Positions 16,751 to 25,048 of a DNA stretch of 42,412 bases are shown here, in pieces. The stretch lies in the NCBI GenBank assembly GCA_017694215.1, contig JADIND010000114.1, positions 1-42,412 on the forward strand. Reading direction: 5' to 3'. Every line of letters starts with the position of its first letter. Position 1 is the stretch's first letter. Made by a program: the position numbers and the translations under genes. Source of the stretch: Candidatus Scatousia excrementipullorum. Lineage in GTDB: Bacteria; Cyanobacteriota; Vampirovibrionia; Gastranaerophilales; Gastranaerophilaceae. The notes beneath the pieces are model-generated. The model did not search any database. It was not told the origin of the DNA and saw only the letters and a program-made list of their open reading frames with translations.

Positions 16751-16967
16751 AACGTAAATACAGCATAACTGAAAAAGCGTTGCTTAAATTAATTCACTAA
16801 CAGGACTTTGAACGGGGCAAGCGGAAACTTGCTCCATCCTTATTTATATTAGAATTTAATTGTCTGAATTTTCAAGGATGGTAATTATTTTTTATTTAAA
16901 TAGAATTTGCGTCGAAAATATCTTTGTGCTACTTTTTGAGAAGAAGAGTTAGGGAGAAAATATTAGT

Positions 16968-19487
16968 ATGAAACAGAATTATTTTCCGCAGGAAATAGAA
17001 AAAAAATGGCAGAAAATCTGGGAAGAATCAGGTGCCTTCAAAACCCCTGATAAAAGTGATAAACCGAAATATTACGCACTGTCAATGTTCCCTTATCCGT
17101 CAGGGAAACTTCATATGGGACATGTCAGAAACTATACAATTACCGACGTAATTGCAAGATTTAAAAAAGCTCAAGGATATAACGTGTTACACCCGATGGG
17201 ATGGGACAGTTTCGGACTTCCTGCAGAAAATGCCGCAATGAAACACGGTGCAGATCCTGAAAAATGGACTCACGAAAATATTGCATATATGACAAAACAG
17301 CTTAAAATGCTCGGACTTTCTTATGATTGGGACAGAGAAGTAACAACCTGCAAGCCTGATTATTATAAATGGACGCAGTGGCTGTTTTTGCAATTATATA
17401 AAAAAGGGCTAGTTTATAAAAAAGAGGCTGCCGTAAACTGGTGCAACAACTGTGCAACAGTACTTGCAAACGAACAGGTTATTGACGGGAAATGCTGGAG
17501 ATGCGACAGCGAAGTTGAGAAAAAATACCTGTCACAGTGGTTTATAAAAATTACGGATTATGCGGAAGTTTTGCTTGATGATTTAGATAAACTCACCGGC
17601 TGGGGCGATAACGTTAAAACAATGCAGGCAAACTGGATTGGAAAATCTCAAGGTGCAATTTTCAGATTTCCTGTTGTTGATACCCCTAATGGCGAAAAAC
17701 TGGAAGTTCCGGTTTATACAACAAGACCTGATACTGTTCACGGTATAACATATCTTGTTGTGGCTCCCGAATACAAAGATATTGAAAAATTAACGACTCC
17801 GGAAAATAAAGAAGCGGTTGAAGCTTACCGTGCAAATGCACGCAAAATGACAGAAATAGAAAGGCTTTCAACAGAACGCGTAAAAACCGGCGTACCGCTC
17901 GGAACTCACTGCAAAAATCCGTTTACCGGCGAAATTTTCCCGCTCTGGACAGCGGATTATGCACTTGTTGAATACGGAACCGGTGCTGTTATGGCAGTTC
18001 CGACTCATGATACCAGAGACTTTGATTTTGCTAAAAAATATAATTTGCCAATGAAGGTTGTTATAACCCCTCACCCGTCCTCCGGCCACCCTCTCCCGCA
18101 AGGGGCGAGGGACTTAACAGAAGCCTATACGGAACCCGGGGTTCTGGTAAATTCCGGTGAATTTAACGGGATGAAAAATGAAGAGGCTAAAAAAGCTATT
18201 ACAGAAAAGGCTGTAAGAGAAGGTTTCGGTGAATTCAAAACTCAATACAGACTTCGTGACTGGTTGATTTCCCGTCAAAGATACTGGGGAGCCCCTATTC
18301 CGGTTGTATATTGTGAAAAATGCGGTATTCAACCTGTTCCGGAAGAACAGCTTCCTGTATTGCTGCCAAAGGATGTTGATTTTAGTGTTGTCGGAAAATC
18401 TCCGATATTAACATCAAAAACATTCCTTGAAACAACCTGCCCTTGCTGCGGCGGAAAAGCAAGACGCGAAACAGATACTATGGATACGTTTATTTGTTCA
18501 AGCTGGTATTACCTGCGTTATGCGGATGCTAAAAATGATAAATTGCCGTTTGCAAAAGATAAAGTTAATCACTGGCTGCCGGTTGATCAGTATGTAGGCG
18601 GAATTGAACACGCAATTCTTCACCTTTTGTACTCGAGATTCTTTACAAAAGCTTTGCGTGATTTAGGTTTGCTTGATTTTGACGAACCTTTCAAAAACCT
18701 GTTGACTCAGGGAATGGTTTTGAAAGATGGTTCTAAAATGTCAAAATCTAAAGGTAACACGGTTGACCCTGATGAAATCTTTGAAAATTACGGGGCTGAT
18801 ACAGCAAGATTATTTATCCTGTCTGATTCACCTCCGGCAAGAGATTTTGACTGGTCAGATGCAGGGGTTGAAGGCTGCTATAAGTTCTTGAACAGGGTTT
18901 GGAGACTTATTGCATCTAATGCTGAAGATATTTCATTAGATGATGCTGCAAGTTTTACACACTCAGCTTCTCTCAAAAAGGAGAATGATGACCTTGTTCG
19001 TAACGTTCATATTGCGATTAAGGGAATTACTAACGATATATCGAATGATTTCCAATTCAACACTGTAATTTCTAAATACCGTGAACTTACAAATGCTATT
19101 TACGAGTGGCGTGGCAAGAAATCCGAACTTGACAATGAAGATAAAAAAGTTATGAGTTTTGCAATCGTAACATTAATGAAACTTATGTCACCGGTTGCAG
19201 TACACCTGACAGAAGAGGCTTGGCACGATTTAGGCGGTAAAGGTTCAATTCACGATGAAACCTGGTGCAAGTGGGATGAAAATCTGGCCAAAGCAAGCTC
19301 AATTACGCTTGTAGTTCAGGTTAACGGAAAACTTAAGGATAAAATAGAAGCTGATGAGGCTTGTTCGGAGGATGAACTAAAGGCTCTGGCTCTAAACAGT
19401 CCTAAAGTTAAAGAATTAACCGAAGGAAAAACGATTGTTAAAACGATTGTTGTACCTAAGAAACTGGTGAACATCGTTGTTAAATAA
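16968..19487 (+). CDS. leuS: Leucine--tRNA ligase
   Basis: HIGH-type motif (PSGKLHMGHVRNY), KMSKS motif (GSKMSKSKGN), CP1 editing domain, 839 aa. GGGAG RBS upstream. Confidence 0.97.
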   Translation: MKQNYFPQEIEKKWQKIWEESGAFKTPDKSDKPKYYALSMFPYPSGKLHMGHVRNYTITDVIARFKKAQGYNVLHPMGWDSFGLPAENAAMKHGADPEKWTHENIAYMTKQLKMLGLSYDWDREVTTCKPDYYKWTQWLFLQLYKKGLVYKKEAAVNWCNNCATVLANEQVIDGKCWRCDSEVEKKYLSQWFIKITDYAEVLLDDLDKLTGWGDNVKTMQANWIGKSQGAIFRFPVVDTPNGEKLEVPVYTTRPDTVHGITYLVVAPEYKDIEKLTTPENKEAVEAYRANARKMTEIERLSTERVKTGVPLGTHCKNPFTGEIFPLWTADYALVEYGTGAVMAVPTHDTRDFDFAKKYNLPMKVVITPHPSSGHPLPQGARDLTEAYTEPGVLVNSGEFNGMKNEEAKKAITEKAVREGFGEFKTQYRLRDWLISRQRYWGAPIPVVYCEKCGIQPVPEEQLPVLLPKDVDFSVVGKSPILTSKTFLETTCPCCGGKARRETDTMDTFICSSWYYLRYADAKNDKLPFAKDKVNHWLPVDQYVGGIEHAILHLLYSRFFTKALRDLGLLDFDEPFKNLLTQGMVLKDGSKMSKSKGNTVDPDEIFENYGADTARLFILSDSPPARDFDWSDAGVEGCYKFLNRVWRLIASNAEDISLDDAASFTHSASLKKENDDLVRNVHIAIKGITNDISNDFQFNTVISKYRELTNAIYEWRGKKSELDNEDKKVMSFAIVTLMKLMSPVAVHLTEEAWHDLGGKGSIHDETWCKWDENLAKASSITLVVQVNGKLKDKIEADEACSEDELKALALNSPKVKELTEGKTIVKTIVVPKKLVNIVVK
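18067..18112 (+). repeat. GC-rich palindromic repeat unit embedded in frame in leuS (encodes about PHPSSGHPLPQGARD)
   Basis: CCCCTCACCC-gtcctccggcca-CCCTCTCCCGCAAGGGGCGAGGGA matches the intergenic copies at 20628-20665 and 20712-20747. It contains the hairpin CCCTCTCCC-gcaa-GGGGCGAGGG. Confidence 0.7.
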
Positions 19488-20124
19488 ATCGTTTGAATAA
19501 ATTTTTAATTTTAACAAACAGTCCTGACTTTTCCCGGTCAGGCTGTTTTGCTGGCAGGGGTTTATACATAATCAAATTATCGGCGTATTCAGGTTCTAAT
19601 TTTGAGCCGTTTTTAATACATTTATCCAGAATATAATTAATATAATTGTCTGTAGAGGTATAACCTTGTTTTCTGTAAAAAATGTGACAAGGATGTCTAG
19701 GGTCATAAATTCGGCTTGCAACGAGGAATACACGACCGTCACAACCCTGTGCTTTGCTTTCATTTTCAGCAAATTTTAAAAAATCGCTGCCATAACCGTT
19801 TCCGCGTTCTTCAGTTTTTAAGAATTCAATTTTCAGGGCATCGCAAATTTTCTCATCAGGATAAACTTCAGCCCATTTAAGCTTTCTGACAGGTCTGGTT
19901 ATCATTTCACCGGCATAAGTTCCGTTTTCGGTATCTGCCATTCTGTGGAGGTTTACCGTAACTATTTTCCTGCTTGTCATGTCGAACATTTTTACATTTT
20001 TAACGGAATAAATTAAATGTTTCGGCATTTTCTGAGGTTTAAAAGGACGCAGATAATATGAAATTTTATTAGCACACAGACCATTCATATTTTTTATAAA
20101 ACGTGTAAAAAAAATAATTGCCAT
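19480..20124 (-). CDS. GNAT-family N-acetyltransferase-like protein with an N-terminal extension (alternative start at 20088)
   Basis: ERGNGYGSDFLKFAENESKAQGCDGRVFLVAS fits the acetyl-CoA binding Q/R-x-x-G-x-G/A region. No start candidate has a clear RBS. The 3' end overlaps the leuS stop by 8 nt. Confidence 0.65.
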   Translation of the reverse strand: MAIIFFTRFIKNMNGLCANKISYYLRPFKPQKMPKHLIYSVKNVKMFDMTSRKIVTVNLHRMADTENGTYAGEMITRPVRKLKWAEVYPDEKICDALKIEFLKTEERGNGYGSDFLKFAENESKAQGCDGRVFLVASRIYDPRHPCHIFYRKQGYTSTDNYINYILDKCIKNGSKLEPEYADNLIMYKPLPAKQPDREKSGLFVKIKNLFKRFI

Positions 20125-20159
20125 TAATAAACATTATTTAATATTTTTATTAACGAATA

Positions 20160-20790
20160 TAAAATCCACAACCCCTCCCTGTCATCCTGAACTAGTTTCA
20201 GGATCTTAGAAAATTTTCACCTTTCTGCTCCGCTATCGTGCTTACGCACACGCTCCGCCATTAAACGCCTTCCTTGTAAGGGAGGTGGCACGGAGTGCCG
20301 GAGGGTTTTTCGATACTCCGCAGCCGCACAGCCGTCACCCCATGTCATCCTGAAAGCGTAAAAATAGTTGAGCCTTTTTAGTAATGTAGTAATGTAGGTT
20401 TTGGTAATCTCTGATTACCGAAACATTTTTGTTGTGGTAAATTAAAATTTACCACAACCTACTGCTCAGGAGCTTACCGCCGGTATAGAAAAAGAGATTC
20501 TGAACAGTGACAATTTCCGTATGCCGTGACGGTTAACGTTTCAGAATGACATGAAAAAAATCCCCATTCTATTCCCCCTTTAGAAAAGGGGGCTAAGCCT
20601 TTGGCGACCTTATTTAATCAAGTAAGACCCCTCACCCCAGCCCTCTCCCGCAAGGGAAGAGGGAGAAAAGTAGGGTGGGCTTTCAGCCCAACGATGAATA
20701 TTCATGTACCTCCCCTCACCCTGACCCTTTCCCGTATGGAGAGGGGATACTTTGCGTAATCGCAGGACTGATTCGCAATAGCACAGCCTC
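20160..20790. repeat. Dense cluster of GC-rich palindromic or interspersed repeats of several families, in the 0.8 kb gap between the GNAT gene and murC
   Basis: Hairpins read directly: 20181-20205 (GTCATCCTGAA..TTCAGGATC), 20287-20299 (GGCAC-gga-GTGCC), 20403-20419 (GGTAATC-tct-GATTACC), 20431-20458 (perfect 28-nt palindrome), 20574-20592 (CCCCCTTT-aga-AAAGGGGG), 20628-20665 and 20712-20747 (CCCCTCACCC...CCCTCTCCCG family). Confidence 0.85.
20341..20553. mobile_element. MITE-like non-autonomous element with about 17-nt terminal inverted repeats
   Basis: The left end is CATGTCATCCTGAAAGCG (20341-20358). The right end CGTTTCAGAATGACATG (20537-20553) is its reverse complement, with one substitution and one single-base indel. 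The interior carries only hairpins and no ORF. Confidence 0.45.
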
Positions 20791-20930
20791 TGCAGTAATT
20801 TGCTTCTGAATTTCTCCCAAAAACACTTTTTACTTCCACTCAAAGGATTTTTTACAAATTTTATTTACAAATAGTAAAATTAAAGATTTTAAAATTTTTC
20901 TGTATTATAATTGTAAGTGTTAATTAATAG

Positions 20931-22334
20931 ATGATGATTAGGGATAGAGCTTTGAACAAGAAGAAAAAATATTATTTTATAGCAATAGGCGGAGTCGGAA
21001 TGAGCGGGCTTGCAAAATATTTGCTGGAAAACGGCTGTGAAGTTGCAGGTTCTGATATTTGCGACAGTAAATATATTCAAAAAATAAAAAAACTCGGAGC
21101 AACCGTGCATATAGGCCACAGTGCCGGCAATGTTCCGGAGGATTGTGTCGTCATTGCAAGTACAGCAATCCGTCAGGATAATCCTGAAATAGTAAGGGCA
21201 AAAGAACTCGGACTGCCGATTTATCACCGTTCGGATTTGCTTGCTGAAATTTCAAGAGAAGGCAAGTTTTTCCTCGGTTACTCCGGTACTCACGGCAAAA
21301 CGACAACAAGCGGTCTTTCTTCTTATGTTATGGAAAAAGCAGGACTTAAACCTTCTTATGTCGTTGGAGGTATTATTCCGGAACTTGATACAAATGCTCA
21401 CTGTCAGGACGGTAAATATTTTGCGGCAGAACTTGATGAAAGCGACGGCACTATAGTTAAATATGTGCCGGATGTTGTTGTTATAAATAACCTTGAGCCG
21501 GATCATCTGGATTTTTACAAAAACGGACTGCAATCCATTCTTGATACTTTTGAAAAATTTATTTCAAAAATGCCGGAAAACGGTACCGTTCTGGTAAATT
21601 ATGACTGTGATGCTTCTAAAAATCTTCACGGTCACAGAACAGTTACTTTCGGTCTGTCAGACGGGGCGGACTATCAGGCTAAAAATATTGAGTTTAAATC
21701 CGATTTTACAACTTTTGATATCTATTATAAGGATAAATTTTTAACTGATTTGAAAATTATTCTCAGAGGAATTCACAATGTTTATAACTCTCTTGCAGTT
21801 CTTGCAAGCCTGAATATAGCGGGTGTTGATGTAAATCTTGTTAAACCTTATTTTGCGGAATTTTCCGGTATGGGAAGAAGATTTCAAAAGATAGGAAGTG
21901 CAAACGGTGCCGTTATTTATGATGATTACGCCCATCATCCGACCGAAATTAAAGCCGCACTATCTTCGGCGTTGAGTTTTAAAGATAAACGCGTAACGGC
22001 AGTATTCCAGCCTCACCGCTATACAAGATTAAAAAATCTGTGGAATGAATTTTTGAATGCTTTTGACGGCGTGGATAAAGTCGTTGTGACAGATGTCTAT
22101 GCGGCGTCAGAAGACGTTATTGACGGAATAAATTCCGAAAAATTTGCAAAAGACCTTGCCTCAAAAGGTATAAACTGCGAGTATATTGCGGGTGATATGA
22201 AAACTGTTGCAGAAAAGTTATATCCGCAACTTAAAAATGATGATATCATTATCGGACTCGGAGCAGGAACCATTACGGCTCTCGGGAAAAATCTTCTTGA
22301 ACTTGATAAGGAGTTGACAGGCGTTGCTGATTGA
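20931..22334 (+). CDS. murC: UDP-N-acetylmuramate--L-alanine ligase
   Basis: IGGVGMSGLA, GTHGKTTTS and DDYAHHPTEI are MurC blocks. Confidence 0.95.
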   Translation: MMIRDRALNKKKKYYFIAIGGVGMSGLAKYLLENGCEVAGSDICDSKYIQKIKKLGATVHIGHSAGNVPEDCVVIASTAIRQDNPEIVRAKELGLPIYHRSDLLAEISREGKFFLGYSGTHGKTTTSGLSSYVMEKAGLKPSYVVGGIIPELDTNAHCQDGKYFAAELDESDGTIVKYVPDVVVINNLEPDHLDFYKNGLQSILDTFEKFISKMPENGTVLVNYDCDASKNLHGHRTVTFGLSDGADYQAKNIEFKSDFTTFDIYYKDKFLTDLKIILRGIHNVYNSLAVLASLNIAGVDVNLVKPYFAEFSGMGRRFQKIGSANGAVIYDDYAHHPTEIKAALSSALSFKDKRVTAVFQPHRYTRLKNLWNEFLNAFDGVDKVVVTDVYAASEDVIDGINSEKFAKDLASKGINCEYIAGDMKTVAEKLYPQLKNDDIIIGLGAGTITALGKNLLELDKELTGVAD

Positions 22335-23226
22335 AGAAAATTATGACATAAAAAGACTTACTTCATTTAAGTGCGGCGGCAAAATAAAACGGGTTTATTT
22401 TCCGGAAAATTTGAATGAATTTACGGAAATTTTGAGCAGAAATCCGGATATCAAAGTCTTTGGAAATCTTTCCAATACACTTGTTTCAACTGACGGTTAT
22501 GACGGCGAGATCGTTATAACTACCAAAATGAATAAATTCACGGTGGATGGAACAACTGTCACTGCAGAATGCGGTTTAAAAGGGCCAAAACTTGCTCAGG
22601 CGGCAGCTGATGCCGGTTTAAGCGGCCTGGAATTTATGGTCGCATTTCCGGGGTCAATAGGCGGAGAAGTTTTTATGAATGCCGGTGCTCACGGACAATC
22701 TGTTGCGGATTCACTTGTTGAAGCAAAATGTTATGATAAAGACCAGCAAAAAATTGTTACACTTTCAAAATCAGGTTTAGGTTTTTCTTACAGAACATCA
22801 ATATGCCAGACTTTTGATCTGGTAGTGCTCTCAGCGACATTTGAACTTGAAAAGGCAAGAAAACAGGATATTGAAGCAAGGATGAACGAAAATCTTGCGT
22901 TCAGAAAAAACAAACAGCCGTCACTTGCTCTTCCAAACTGCGGTAGTGTTTTCAGAAATCCGGAGGGGGATTCTGCCGGAAGACTGCTTGACGCTGCCGG
23001 CGTAAAAGGTCTTGTTGTCGGCGGAGCAGGAATTTGGGAAAACCATGCAAACTTTATCATAAACGGGCCGAACGGTACATCGGAAGATATTTTAAAGATT
23101 ATGTATGTTATGTATAACGAAGTAAAAGAGCAGTTCGGAATTGAATTGCAGCCGGAGGTCAGATACCTCGGCGGGAAAAATGAAACAGAGGTTAAAATAT
23201 GCAGGAAATTAAAAATGATAAAATAG
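22324..23226 (+). CDS. murB: UDP-N-acetylenolpyruvoylglucosamine reductase
   Basis: LTSFKCGG..., GNLSNTL, PNCGSVFRNP and ANFIIN are MurB blocks. The TTG start overlaps the murC end. Confidence 0.92.
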   Translation: MLIEENYDIKRLTSFKCGGKIKRVYFPENLNEFTEILSRNPDIKVFGNLSNTLVSTDGYDGEIVITTKMNKFTVDGTTVTAECGLKGPKLAQAAADAGLSGLEFMVAFPGSIGGEVFMNAGAHGQSVADSLVEAKCYDKDQQKIVTLSKSGLGFSYRTSICQTFDLVVLSATFELEKARKQDIEARMNENLAFRKNKQPSLALPNCGSVFRNPEGDSAGRLLDAAGVKGLVVGGAGIWENHANFIINGPNGTSEDILKIMYVMYNEVKEQFGIELQPEVRYLGGKNETEVKICRKLKMIK

Positions 23227-24155
23227 ATAAAAATGCAAAAATCGCGGTTTTGTGCGGAGGAATGTCATCGGAAGCAGAAATTTCAATGAGGTCAGGGAAA
23301 GGCTGTTATGAGGCATTGAAACGTCTTGGTTTTAAGAATGCGGAAATGGTTGTTGTTGATAAAAATATCTCCGAAAATCTTCAAAAAGGAAATTACGATT
23401 ATGCATTCAACGCCTTGCACGGAAAATACGGCGAAGACGGATGCGTTCAGGGAATTTTGGAAATCCTTCGTATCCCTTATACCGGCTGCGGTGTTATGGC
23501 AAGCAGTCTTTGTATGAATAAAGAATTTACCAAAAGAATACTTTCAACCTGTCCGGATATTCCTATGGCTAAATCAGCTTTTGTCAGAAAAGGCGATGAT
23601 GTTATGGAAAAAACAAAAGACTTAACCTATCCCCTTTTCACCAAACCTGTTTGCGAAGGGTCAAGTTTCGGTATGACAAAAGTTGACAGAAAAGAGGATT
23701 TAAAAGCTGCTTACGAAGAGGCTGTTAAATATAATGACGATGTATTGGTAGAAGAATTTATCGACGGATTTTTCGTAACAGTCGGGGTTCTGGAAGATAA
23801 TGACGGGAAACCGTTTGCAACAGAAATTCTTGAAATAAGACCTAAAAATGAATGGTATGATTACGAGGCAAAATATACAAACGGAATGTCTGAATTTATT
23901 GTTCCTGCAAACCTTTCAAAAGAAGTTACGGCTCATGTAAAAGAAGTTGCTGTAAAGGCTTTTGAAACAGCAGGCTGCAGAGGTGTTTCGAGAATCGATT
24001 TTATGATGAAAGATGATATTCCGTATCTGCTTGAAATAAATACAAGTCCGGGGATGACTTCTACAAGTGATTTGCCGGCACAATCTGCCGTTATGGGTAT
24101 TGATTACGATCATCTGGTACTTGCGATTTTAAACAGTGCAGGTTTAAACAAATAG
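23199..24155 (+). CDS. ddl: D-alanine--D-alanine ligase
   Basis: KIAVLCGGMSSEAEIS, LHGKYGEDGCVQG and EINTSPGMT are Ddl blocks. GAGGT RBS. The gene overlaps the murB end by 28 nt. Confidence 0.93.
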   Translation: MQEIKNDKIDKNAKIAVLCGGMSSEAEISMRSGKGCYEALKRLGFKNAEMVVVDKNISENLQKGNYDYAFNALHGKYGEDGCVQGILEILRIPYTGCGVMASSLCMNKEFTKRILSTCPDIPMAKSAFVRKGDDVMEKTKDLTYPLFTKPVCEGSSFGMTKVDRKEDLKAAYEEAVKYNDDVLVEEFIDGFFVTVGVLEDNDGKPFATEILEIRPKNEWYDYEAKYTNGMSEFIVPANLSKEVTAHVKEVAVKAFETAGCRGVSRIDFMMKDDIPYLLEINTSPGMTSTSDLPAQSAVMGIDYDHLVLAILNSAGLNK

Positions 24156-25025
24156 GTGCAAATGGACGAATTTGACGATTTTCAACAGGATGAAATAATT
24201 GATCCGAAACGTCTTGTAAACAAGGTTCGGAAAAAAAGAAAATTGCGTAAAGGCCGCAAAAAACAAAGCGTTTTTCGTGGATTCTTTCGTTTTGTTCTGA
24301 CAATAATTTTTCTTTGCGGATTTGTTTATATTTCTAAAATGCCGCAATGGTATCTGCCGAAAGATGCATTCACAAAACCTAACGGGAAATCCGTTGTTGT
24401 TATTAATAACAGAATTGTAAAGACGCAAAAAATATTTTCAATATTAAAAAATGTCGAAGTGCCGAATGTTCCTATATATATGGCTAAAACCCAGTATATA
24501 AAACAGGAAATAGAAAAACTTGCTCCGGTAAAAGAAGCGTATGTAAGAAGGTATGCTTTTCCGGCCAGATTACAAATTATCTTGAAAGAAAGAATTCCTG
24601 TAGTTACAGTGTCTCCTGATGTAAAAGTTCCTCCCGTTGCGGCATTTTCGGAAGACGGTGTTATGATGGGTAAAGAATTTCTTCCGTTAAATAAGGAATT
24701 TAAAACAATTCTGGTTTTGTCTTACGGTAATAAGGGTGATGATTACAAAAAATGGAACGGGCAAAAGATAAAAACTTTTGAAAAGATAGTTAAATATATT
24801 GAAACCTATTCAAAAGAGAATGTTGAATTCATAGATTACCGCAACCCACAGGATGTTTATGTAAAAATAGAAACAGTGAATATCAGACTCGGTAAACTTG
24901 ATGAAAATGTGTTTAAACGTCTTGAAAAACTTCCGTCACTTTTACCCCAGGTAAAACTTATGGACAGTAAAATTAAATACCTTGATATGAGCTGGGAAAA
25001 AGTAAACTATTTAAAACTTGAGTAA
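24156..25025 (+). CDS. ftsQ: Cell division protein FtsQ-like (POTRA domain). Alternative ATG start at 24162.
   Basis: Basic N-terminus, one TM span, and a POTRA-like region (IKQEIEKLAPVKEAYVRRYAFPARLQIILKERIPVV). It sits directly after ddl. Confidence 0.8.
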   Translation: MQMDEFDDFQQDEIIDPKRLVNKVRKKRKLRKGRKKQSVFRGFFRFVLTIIFLCGFVYISKMPQWYLPKDAFTKPNGKSVVVINNRIVKTQKIFSILKNVEVPNVPIYMAKTQYIKQEIEKLAPVKEAYVRRYAFPARLQIILKERIPVVTVSPDVKVPPVAAFSEDGVMMGKEFLPLNKEFKTILVLSYGNKGDDYKKWNGQKIKTFEKIVKYIETYSKENVEFIDYRNPQDVYVKIETVNIRLGKLDENVFKRLEKLPSLLPQVKLMDSKIKYLDMSWEKVNYLKLE

Positions 25026-25048
25026 CGTTTGTTAGCAAAGGAGAAAAA

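Noticed and set aside
16690-16967. T-box riboswitch upstream of leuS
   Set aside because: I found no T-box consensus (AGGGTGGNACCGCG-like sequence) and no recognisable specifier-loop architecture.
20125-20930. CRISPR array
   Set aside because: The repeats belong to different families, are individually palindromic, have irregular spacing and orientation, and no cas genes are present.
20610-21227. Track ORFs 20610..20843(-) and 20889..21227(-) as real genes
   Set aside because: The first is a read-through of GC-rich repeat units (GEGWGEG and GKGQGEG peptides). The second is antisense to the murC 5' end. Neither has an RBS.
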